The translations under genes were made by a program, and so were the position numbers. From assembly GCA_038260125.1 (NCBI GenBank), contig JBBSOD010000001.1, forward strand, positions 1 to 26,637: a stretch of DNA of 26,637 nt, in the 5' to 3' direction. Under the pieces are notes generated by a model. It had not been told where the DNA came from and did not search any database. It worked only from the letters and a program-made list of their open reading frames with translations. The stretch comes from Chthoniobacterales bacterium. Lineage in GTDB: Bacteria > Verrucomicrobiota > Verrucomicrobiia > Chthoniobacterales > Chthoniobacteraceae. Positions 1 through 6,990 of this stretch are shown here, in pieces. Every line of letters starts with the position of its first letter. Position 1 is the first letter of the stretch.

Positions 1-1055
1 ATGTGGACTTCGGTAGCGCGTGGATGATCGCGATACCAATTCCCGACTCGCTCCGGCCTCGTCAGGCCGTCGCGAGCGAGAAGTTTGCGCGCCTTTACCA
101 CCGTCGATGAAAGGTTGAAAAATGTGATCTTTCCCGTGCTGGCAGCTCGATCCACGGCAAAGCCGTGACTGACGTAGAGCGCATCCGCATAGCACGAGAC
201 GATGCGCTCCGCTCGATGCCCGTCGGTGAGGGAAGTCAGCGTAAAACGGAACGCAGTTCGGCGGGCAAAGGTGACTTTGCAGTTGTCCCAATGACACCCG
301 GCGAGCAACTCCAGCATCGCGAATGACTTTTTCCGCAATTTCGGAGCGGATTTTCGCCTCGCAGCGTCTTCTTCCCAACCGCGCCACTGCGCAACATTGC
401 GCCCCGCGCCGTATTGATCTGACTGCTGTATTCCGTAGGAATCCTCTCCAGTATTAGCATTGTCACAGACTCGGTCATTTTCGGCGGGCTTTGCGGGTGC
501 CGTTTTCGGAAGCGGGGGCGTCTTCAAAACTCCTTCCGGCGATGGCTGCTTTACCGAAGCAACGGACGCCTTTGGCTGAATCTTCCTCGGACGGCCGGGC
601 GGACGCTTTCGCTGCTCGATCATGATGGTCGGCGCGATCTTTTCTCCACCGTTACCGAGCGTCGTATAGTTGTGGAGTGGCTTGCTGCGACGGTCGTAGA
701 AGAGAGAGTGCTTGTCGTAGAGGAGCTTCGCTGGATCGGCGACGATAACGCCCCATTTCTTCGCGCCACGCCCGCCCCTGGTTCGCATCTTCGTCTCGAA
801 CACTAGCTCTCCGCTGCGGCGCAGTCTCGATAACTCTCGCGTGGTATGCTCACGGCTATAGCCGGTCTTACGGCAAAAGGCACTGAGGTCAATGTCACCC
901 CAAATCGGCGAGCGCGCTGCGACGTTCTCAATCCATCCCTTCAAGCGCGCACGGCACGTTGCAACGTGGCCGCGACGACGACCGCGGCAGCGACGAACAC
1001 TATTCTCTTCCTTCCGGGATGAGGGCAGACCCCACCCGTTAGAAAAACTCGGCAT
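1..1055 (-). CDS. Partial (3'-truncated) DNA-binding protein with N-terminal HTH and AT-hook-like motif; possible replication initiator
   Basis: Manually translated, stop-free frame of 351 codons from ATG 1055 (GGGAG SD upstream) to the window edge; absent from the ORF track. Contains IDLSAFCRKTGYSREHTTRELSRLRRSGELVF (HTH-like), RKRPPGRPRK, a Pro/Lys linker and a C-terminal globular-looking part. Confidence 0.75.
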   Translation of the reverse strand, partial: MPSFSNGWGLPSSRKEENSVRRCRGRRRGHVATCRARLKGWIENVAARSPIWGDIDLSAFCRKTGYSREHTTRELSRLRRSGELVFETKMRTRGGRGAKKWGVIVADPAKLLYDKHSLFYDRRSKPLHNYTTLGNGGEKIAPTIMIEQRKRPPGRPRKIQPKASVASVKQPSPEGVLKTPPLPKTAPAKPAENDRVCDNANTGEDSYGIQQSDQYGAGRNVAQWRGWEEDAARRKSAPKLRKKSFAMLELLAGCHWDNCKVTFARRTAFRFTLTSLTDGHRAERIVSCYADALYVSHGFAVDRAASTGKITFFNLSSTVVKARKLLARDGLTRPERVGNWYRDHPRATEVH

Positions 1056-1129
1056 TTTTCTTGACTCCCGGCAATCGGAAGCCAAGTTTCGTCGCGAATT
1101 ATTTCGACTCCTTGGCTCCTAACAGCCTT

Positions 1130-1171
1130 CGGGGATTGGTGAGCGACAAACTCATCAATCCCCGTTTTTTT
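1130..1171 (+). terminator. Intrinsic terminator, antisense to the leader of the 1..1055 gene
   Basis: 14-bp stem CGGGGATTGGTGAG / CTCATCAATCCCCG (one G-U pair), 7-nt loop, then T7. No U-tract follows the stem on the minus strand. Confidence 0.8.
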
Positions 1172-1188
1172 GGATTTGTGGTTGGTTG

Positions 1189-1214
1189 TTAGGTGGACAT
1201 GTTTTTCACCTCCT
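1189..1214 (-). other. Perfect Shine-Dalgarno plus three-codon minigene (Met-Ser-Thr-stop)
   Basis: Minus strand reads AGGAGGTG-AAAAAC-ATG TCC ACC TAA. Confidence 0.45.
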
Positions 1215-1410
1215 CGGAGTAGGGGATGGGAGCCGGGGTGTTGCGCCGTGCATGGAGCAACTTTCATTGAAAGGACTGTTGCGATAACGCGATTGCGCCT
1301 CGTGCGCCTTGCCCGCGCTCCTGTGGAATTCCGATTCTTGACAGGCAACCCACATTGCTCCGCCCACAGCGCAACCACATTACCAGCACCGCGCTAGCGT
1401 GCCGTCCATT

Positions 1411-1704
1411 ATGAGCCAACTAACCTACAAGAATGTGGTGGGGCCGAAGATCAGAAGCCTGCGTATCCAGTTCTCCTGGACTCAAAAATCGCTGGCGAAA
1501 TACCTGCGGCGTATGGGCTGGAATATCTCGCGCAGCACACTCGCGAAGGTCGAAGCCCGTCTTATCCACGTCAGCGATTCCGACCTCCTATATTTTGTCC
1601 GGCTCTTTGAAGTGGAACCGAGATACTTGCTGCCGGAACTTGACCCGGAGGAACACTTAGGGACAGCCGTGCGGCGTCTCCTGGCACGCGAGCACGCAGC
1701 TTAG
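1411..1704 (+). CDS. XRE-family HTH transcriptional regulator
   Basis: VGPKIRSLRIQFSWTQKSLAKYL...ISRSTLAKVE is an HTH_3 pattern. ATG 1411 preferred over GTG 1399. Confidence 0.85.
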   Translation: MSQLTYKNVVGPKIRSLRIQFSWTQKSLAKYLRRMGWNISRSTLAKVEARLIHVSDSDLLYFVRLFEVEPRYLLPELDPEEHLGTAVRRLLAREHAA

Positions 1705-1719
1705 TCAAAGCCCAACGAA

Positions 1720-2058
1720 ATGCCTGACGGCCAGAACAAACCACCGAGCTTGGCGCGAACGATGCAAACCTTCGCGTCGATGCTGTGCATCGTCGAATCG
1801 CTCGGGGAGAAAGTGGATAAGATGTCCGCGCAGCTTGAAAAGCTCTACGCGCGGAGCAACCAATCGCAGACTCTCATCGCAAACGGTAAGCGCGAAAAAG
1901 AATTCTACACCGTGAAGGAAGTCGCCGAAGCCATCGGCACGAGCGACAAATCCGTGCGCCGACTCCAAAAGCGCGGATTCTTCAAAAGCAGCAGCGCTCT
2001 CCGAACCAAGCAAATCCCGCGTTCCGAAATCGAACGCTATAAAACGGAGACGGTCTAG
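1720..2058 (+). CDS. Excisionase-like / MerR-type HTH DNA-binding protein
   Basis: C-terminal FYTVKEVAEAIGTSDKSVRRLQKRG...IPRSEIERY matches the xis/HTH_17 pattern. Located next to the integrase. Confidence 0.75.
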   Translation: MPDGQNKPPSLARTMQTFASMLCIVESLGEKVDKMSAQLEKLYARSNQSQTLIANGKREKEFYTVKEVAEAIGTSDKSVRRLQKRGFFKSSSALRTKQIPRSEIERYKTETV

Positions 2059-2959
2059 AGCGTGTTCTGGACTTTGGGTTTGTAAATAAGGCTGTACTTT
2101 ATAATTGCCATTATGCATCACGCTGTGGATGGTAAAAAAGAAGTTCAAAACCGGCAGCGGAAAAACGAGCTATGCTAGCGATGTCACTGACGAGGAGTGG
2201 GCGTTCTGCGCACCCTATTTGACGTTGATGAAAGAGGACGCGCCGCAGCGAGAGCACTCGTTGCGGGCGGTCTTCAACGCCGTGCGCTACCTTGTTCGAG
2301 CAGGCTGTCCTTGGCACATGATTCCCAACGATTTTCCGTCCGGGTCAATCGTCTACCAGCAAGTTCAGCGCTGGATTGCCGCAGGTTGCTTTGAGACCCT
2401 GACGCATGATCTGCGCAAGCTGTTGCGCATGTTGGCCGACAAAACCGCCGAGCCTTCGGCGGCCATTCTTGACGGGCGCACCTTGCAAAGCACACCGGAG
2501 AGTGGTGAGCGCGCAGGCTATGATGGATACAAGCGCAAGAAAGGCTCGAAGGTGCATATCGCTGTCGACACGCTCGGCCACCTGCTTGCTTTGAAGGTCA
2601 CCCCTGCCAACGAGCAGGAGCGCGCCCAAGTCGAGGATCTCCTCAAGGAGGTTCAAGAGGTTACCGAGGGCAGTGTGAAAGCGGCCTTTGTCGACCAAGG
2701 CTACACGGGCGCGGAACCTGCCGCCCAAGCCGCCAAGCACGGCGTGGAATTGATCGTCGTCAAACTCGCCGAAGCCAAGCGGGGATTCGTCCTACTGCCA
2801 AGACGCTGGGTGGTGGAGCGCTCCTTTGCCTGGGCCAGTCGTTTCCGCCGACTGGCGCGGGACTACGAAAGACTACCGACTTCAGTCGCAGGTCTTCACT
2901 GGCTCGCATTCCTTACTCTCATGCTGCAATCTCTCCTCCGCTAAAGTTCAGAATACGCT
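2059..2959 (+). mobile_element. IS5-family insertion sequence (~900 bp)
   Basis: 17-bp TIRs AGCGTGTTCTGGACTTT (2059-2075) and AAAGTTCAGAATACGCT (2943-2959) match at 15/17. Flanked by CTAG at 2055-2058 and 2960-2963. The boundary is ambiguous by 1 bp (CTAG vs TA duplication). Confidence 0.92.
2129..2944 (+). CDS. IS5-family DDE transposase
   Basis: YASDVTDEEW N-terminus, AAILDGRT, AFVDQGY and LPRRWVVERSFAW...RRLARDYE motifs. ATG 2129 preferred over TTG 2105. Confidence 0.93.
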   Translation: MVKKKFKTGSGKTSYASDVTDEEWAFCAPYLTLMKEDAPQREHSLRAVFNAVRYLVRAGCPWHMIPNDFPSGSIVYQQVQRWIAAGCFETLTHDLRKLLRMLADKTAEPSAAILDGRTLQSTPESGERAGYDGYKRKKGSKVHIAVDTLGHLLALKVTPANEQERAQVEDLLKEVQEVTEGSVKAAFVDQGYTGAEPAAQAAKHGVELIVVKLAEAKRGFVLLPRRWVVERSFAWASRFRRLARDYERLPTSVAGLHWLAFLTLMLQSLLR

Positions 2960-4078
2960 CTAGGCGGCTTTCGCTCCGCTTTCGAGTGGCAGAACTCGGG
3001 GGCCATCGAAAGCTTCAAAGGACATCTTCTCGGCCATTGCGGCGCTGTAGTCCGCCCGCAAATGGCCGTAGGTCTTGGCGACCAAAGTTCCGCCGTCCGA
3101 ATGTCCGAGCCAGTCGGAGATGACTTTGAAATTGATCCCGCTCTCGATTGCGTTGGAGGCAAAAAAATGCCGCAGGGAATGCACGGAGAACTGTTTCAAT
3201 CCCGCCCGCTTGCAAGCCAGCTTCATCGCGCCACGAGGGGAGTCGATGTCAAAAACCCGCTCGCTCATGTCGGTTGAGTCGTGAGCGGCGATCAGGCGCA
3301 CGAGAAGATTTCGCAGGTTTGGAAAAAGCGGGATGACGCGCTCTTGATGATTCTTCGTGCCCAACTCGCCTCCGGTAATCAGCACGCTTCCGGCTTCAAG
3401 GTTCACGTCTTCAAATCGCACTTCGCGAGCCTCGCCAACGCGCATCCCGCTGTAGGCGAGAAATTCGACCATCGCCGTCGCGCCGGACGCAACGGCCAGC
3501 GGAGCTTCACGAAGCGTTTTCACCAATGACCGAAATTCTGCGTGGCTCGGGAGTTCGATTATCGACTTCGGCTGCTTGCGGCGCTTGAGCTTTTCCGCGG
3601 CATTCTCCAACACGATTCCCCGATCCACGGCATAGCGGAGAATGAGTTTCAGGGTTTCAAGCTCGATGTTGTGACTCCGCGCGGAAACCGTCGCTCCGCG
3701 TTTGCGCTTCCAGGCGTCGATTTCAGCGAAGCCAATCGCCTTCACGGACATCCCGCGAAAGAACGGCGTCAGCCCGACGAGCGCGACGCGCCGACGGTCG
3801 TAAGACTTCGGCTTGAGGCCGGACTTGATCGACGCGAGCCATTCTTCCGCAAGTTCCTCGAACCGGATGTTCCGATTCTCCTCGCCCTCCAGCCGCTCGG
3901 CTTTCACGCGAAATTCCCCCAGCCGCCGCTTGGCAATCGCGAGGTCTGTGGTGTTGAGCGAACGTCTGATTTGCTTGCCGTTGACCTTGACACGGGCGTA
4001 GTAAACCTTGTTGCCGTTCCGGTAGAGGCACTCTGCGGCCTTCTTAAACTCCTGCGACTTTCCGAGCATCTGATTCAT
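2960..4078 (-). CDS. int: Tyrosine recombinase / phage-type integrase
   Basis: Catalytic set present: YSGMRVGEA (R), TKN (K), HSLRH, LGH and KTYGH (Y). N-terminal arm-binding-like YYARVKVNGKQIRRSL. Start set at ATG 4078 (alternative 4069). Confidence 0.93.
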   Translation of the reverse strand: MNQMLGKSQEFKKAAECLYRNGNKVYYARVKVNGKQIRRSLNTTDLAIAKRRLGEFRVKAERLEGEENRNIRFEELAEEWLASIKSGLKPKSYDRRRVALVGLTPFFRGMSVKAIGFAEIDAWKRKRGATVSARSHNIELETLKLILRYAVDRGIVLENAAEKLKRRKQPKSIIELPSHAEFRSLVKTLREAPLAVASGATAMVEFLAYSGMRVGEAREVRFEDVNLEAGSVLITGGELGTKNHQERVIPLFPNLRNLLVRLIAAHDSTDMSERVFDIDSPRGAMKLACKRAGLKQFSVHSLRHFFASNAIESGINFKVISDWLGHSDGGTLVAKTYGHLRADYSAAMAEKMSFEAFDGPRVLPLESGAKAA

Positions 4079-4167
4079 GCGAAGAAGTATAGGGGTGTTT
4101 AATCGGGATATGTAGCCAAAAATTGCGAATTGAAAAATAGCTGTAAGTTGTTTACCAACAGTCACAT

Positions 4168-4255
4168 GGAGGGGTGGCAGAGTGGTCTAATGCGCCGGTC
4201 TTGAAAACCGGAGAGCCGCAAGGCTCCGTGGGTTCGAATCCCACCCCCTCCGCCA
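4168..4255 (+). tRNA. tRNA-Ser (anticodon TGA) with long variable arm and encoded CCA
   Basis: GGAGGGG/CCCCTCC acceptor stem, anticodon arm CCGGT-CTTGAAA-ACCGG, variable arm and GGTTCGAATCC T-loop; 88 nt. Confidence 0.96.
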
Positions 4256-4431
4256 TGTCCGCAATTCGCTTGAAAACACGAAGGGCTGTTCCATCTTTTC
4301 GCACTGCTTGACATGGTCAAAATCGGGCTGATACCAGTTCCTATTGAGAGTGAGACGTCGTCAGAGTTAAGATTCACGGAGTGTGCAGGCGGTATCTGCG
4401 GGAGGCGCGCCGCAGCGGGCCGAGGGTGGCT

Positions 4432-4659
4432 TCAGCCGGAGAGGGCAAAGCGGGTTTACGCAGCATGCGGTTGAGCCGGACGAGGAGTTCACGCATCACG
4501 GCTTTCAGGGCGACGATCGGTTTTTCTGCCGGAGGCGATGAAACGCTGGTAGAACCCGGCCAGGATCTGGGCGTGGCGCTGGGCAGTCGGCGAGCCGTGC
4601 CGCGGAGGTGGACTTGCCATGCCGCCTGGGCAATTTCGAGGCCCATGTAGATGGTTCTT
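4432..4659 (-). pseudogene. Internally deleted, frameshifted IS110-family transposase relic
   Basis: N-terminal TIYMGLEIAQAAWQVHL (cf. IS110 xGIDVAK) is joined to C-terminal RHAQILAGFYQRFIASG|K-PIVALKAVMRELLVRLNRMLRKP (cf. NPxLxxFYxRL..GKPxKVALxAxMRKLL), split across frames. Confidence 0.7.
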
Positions 4660-5892
4660 CTAGCGCGACAGCCATGCGCTGGCGAAGAGCCACACCGAGG
4701 CCGCGCCAGCCGTCAGCAGCAGGATATAGCGGCGGCGCCAGCACAGCTCGACGGCCAGTCCGGCCAGGATGAGGGCAAAGGGCACCAGATAGCCCGAGCC
4801 TGGAAGGGATGAAACGAAGGCGGAGCGCGTAAGGAGCGAGTGCCCGACCATCTCGGCCAGCAACAGCGTCGCGCCCGCGATGGCCAGGATGCACGCCGCG
4901 ACATATCCCGCCCCGCGCCGCCGCTGGAAGGTAAGCATATTGACCACCGCCCCGCAGGCCAGTGTCCACCCGGCCCACCAGCCCAGATCGGCCTGCGCAA
5001 TCCAGATCTCGAAGCGGAAGCGATCCGGCTCGGGATACGCCGTCGGGTTCAGCCGGGCGAGCGTCCCGCCAAAAGCCTCCAGCGCTGCGGCGAAGGCCGC
5101 CGGATCGGCTCCGCGGAAGGCCTGCTTCATCCGCTGCAACGACTCTGGCACGGACTGACCGAGGGGGCCGGGATAAAGCGCGGGAGCGTCTTCCGCCGGC
5201 CGCCACTCGCCTCCGGCGCGCGGCGGCACTACCCGCAGTGCGCTGCCGTCGCGGATCTCGCGGAACGCTTCCAGCCGCCGCGCCAGACCGAGGACCAACC
5301 GCTGCCGGCGCGACAAGGCGGCCGGCCCGCTCCCGGCGCGCGTCGCCCGGGCGTCGGCGACCAGTTCTGGGAGCCGGGTGCGCCGGGTCAGCGTCTCGTA
5401 GGTCTCGCGGGACGCCGCCTCGGGCAGGCCTAATGCGCGCCGCAGGTCGGCATCGTTCACCTGAATGAGAGGCTGGTCGGTCCAGCTTTCGGGGTTCAGC
5501 CAAAGCGACGCGATGACCGTCGTAGCGGACAATTCGTCGTAAATGGAATCGCGATAGCTTTCTGAGCCGGAAATCGCGGCCAGCTTCTGACGGGCAAAGA
5601 AATAGAACGGACCGGGCCGGCCCTCGACGAAGACCGGCAGCTTTTCGAGCGGATCCAGATCCATGCGCGCGGGCAGGATGCTGCGCGGGGGCGTCGAGGG
5701 CTGTTGCGGCGGAGTCGGCGTGGCACCCGGCGAGGGGGCCGCCGGGGTGGCGGGCGTGGCCGTGCCTTTCAGCGTGTCGGTTTTACCCTTCGGTTCCGCA
5801 GCGCTTGCCCCACCCAGGATACCCAGAATTATTGCGAGCCCGAGCGCTTGGCCCCCCAAGGCTCGAGCTAGGAAGTCGCGGGCGGATACCAT
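4660..5892 (-). CDS. CcsA/CcsBA-like membrane protein containing only the N-terminal periplasmic part and first TM helices; no WWD domain
   Basis: Signal peptide, then LPVFVEGRPGPFYFFARQKLAAISG, LRVVPP...W and YPEPDRFRFE, resembling the periplasmic domain of fused system II cytochrome c synthases, then ~4 TM segments and a stop. ATG 5892. Confidence 0.55.
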   Translation of the reverse strand: MVSARDFLARALGGQALGLAIILGILGGASAAEPKGKTDTLKGTATPATPAAPSPGATPTPPQQPSTPPRSILPARMDLDPLEKLPVFVEGRPGPFYFFARQKLAAISGSESYRDSIYDELSATTVIASLWLNPESWTDQPLIQVNDADLRRALGLPEAASRETYETLTRRTRLPELVADARATRAGSGPAALSRRQRLVLGLARRLEAFREIRDGSALRVVPPRAGGEWRPAEDAPALYPGPLGQSVPESLQRMKQAFRGADPAAFAAALEAFGGTLARLNPTAYPEPDRFRFEIWIAQADLGWWAGWTLACGAVVNMLTFQRRRGAGYVAACILAIAGATLLLAEMVGHSLLTRSAFVSSLPGSGYLVPFALILAGLAVELCWRRRYILLLTAGAASVWLFASAWLSR

Positions 5893-6329
5893 CGGTAGAG
5901 CATCAGATACACGATCACGCCCGTCACGGAAACATACAACCACACCGGCAGCGTGATCCGCGCGATTCGACGGTGTTTATCGAAACGCCGACGCAGGGCC
6001 GGAATCAGCGTGAGCATCACCAGCACCGGCGTGATGGCCGCCAGCACGACGTGCGTAAGCAGGATGACTTTATAGAAGATTTCCGGCGCACCCCCGGCCG
6101 TGAAACGAGTCACCAGCCCCGCCTTCAGCCAGTGATAGGTAACGTAGCTCGTCAGAAAAAGGGTCGAGACCGCCACTGCGCTCAGCATGCAGGTCACGTG
6201 CGCCGCGATCTGCCGCCGCCGGATGAAAAACCACCCGGCACAGAGCAAAACCGTCGCGATGGAATTCAGCGTGGCGTTGAGTCCCGGCAGCATTTGCTGA
6301 TAAGGCGTCAGGATTTCGCGCAGGCTCAT
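5868..6329 (-). CDS. DUF420 / CtaM-like oxidase assembly membrane protein
   Basis: LPGLNATLN...AHVTCM...FLTSYVTYH...ILLTHVVLA...HRRIARITLPVWLYVSVTGVIVYLML. ATG 6329. Confidence 0.9.
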   Translation of the reverse strand: MSLREILTPYQQMLPGLNATLNSIATVLLCAGWFFIRRRQIAAHVTCMLSAVAVSTLFLTSYVTYHWLKAGLVTRFTAGGAPEIFYKVILLTHVVLAAITPVLVMLTLIPALRRRFDKHRRIARITLPVWLYVSVTGVIVYLMLYRWYPPATS

Positions 6330-6330
6330 A

Positions 6331-6987
6331 TTACTGCATCGCCTGGCCGATGTCCTGGGCCAGTTGCCGCACTTCCTCGATTTTTGTGGCGTCGTAGTAA
6401 CCGCGGATGTTGCCCGCACGATCGACCAGGATCAGACGGTTCGTCGGATTCAGGGCAAGCGCGGGATTTTCCCAGTCCGGCGCGCGCGGCAACCGGAAGC
6501 CTGCACTCATCACGCGCCCGATCTCCGCCCGTTCTCCGGTGAGGAAGACCCACTGTCCCGTTTTGCGATGCTTGCGCGCGTATTCGCGGAGCCGCGCGGG
6601 CGTCTCGCGCTCCGGGAAGCGGGAAAACGTGACGAGCTTGGCCTGCGGCAGGTTCGCGATGACATTCTGCAACTCTTCCAGCCGAAGGACGACGAGCCTC
6701 GATTCCTTGTCTTCGCCCGCCGTGGCGAAGCTCGCGACCCACGCGTAGCCGCGCAAATCCTCGGATCCGAACGGGGTGCCGTCGCTGTCCTGCAGCGAAA
6801 ATTCGGGTGCCGGGCTATAGACCGCCAGCGACCTCACCTCGGTCTGGCGCGCCCGGTCGGCCTTGTAATAAACCGTGGCGACAGCGAAGAGCACCAGCAC
6901 GACATGCAGCCAGAGCAGCGCCGGGAACCAGCGGTTCGCGGGGCGCGCCGGGGCCATGTCATCGTCGATTTCCAGCGTCTCTCCCAT
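6331..6987 (-). CDS. Sco1/SenC-fold protein lacking the copper ligands
   Basis: N-terminal TM and Sco patterns (APEFSLQDSDG, WVASF, PERETPARLREYA, WVFLTG, ILVDRAGNIRGYY). The protein has no Cys. Confidence 0.85.
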   Translation of the reverse strand: MGETLEIDDDMAPARPANRWFPALLWLHVVLVLFAVATVYYKADRARQTEVRSLAVYSPAPEFSLQDSDGTPFGSEDLRGYAWVASFATAGEDKESRLVVLRLEELQNVIANLPQAKLVTFSRFPERETPARLREYARKHRKTGQWVFLTGERAEIGRVMSAGFRLPRAPDWENPALALNPTNRLILVDRAGNIRGYYDATKIEEVRQLAQDIGQAMQ

Positions 6988-6990
6988 CTT

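Larger units (their letters stand above)
1..4167. mobile_element. Right end of an integrative element (prophage/ICE-like) extending beyond the left window edge
   Basis: Tyrosine integrase, xis-like HTH, XRE regulator and a divergent DNA-binding ORF lie next to a tRNA. The region looks lower in GC than the respiratory cluster (not computed). The other att site is not in the window. Confidence 0.8.

Noticed and set aside
941-1378. 145-aa minus-strand ORF and the overlapping short + ORFs
   Set aside because: Overlaps the better-supported 1..1055 frame and the terminator; composition does not look like a real protein.
2080-2105. IS promoter TTGTAA...TATAAT
   Set aside because: The -10 is perfect but the spacer is only 14 bp, so it is not called.
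4079-4165. N-terminal extension of the integrase from GTG 4165
   Set aside because: Runs through the AT-rich int-tRNA spacer to 2 bp from the tRNA; homologous-looking sequence starts after ATG 4078/4069.
4308-4320. TTGAC-ATG-GTCAA as an FNR/CRP box
   Set aside because: The spacer is 3 nt rather than 4, and there is no gene start downstream.
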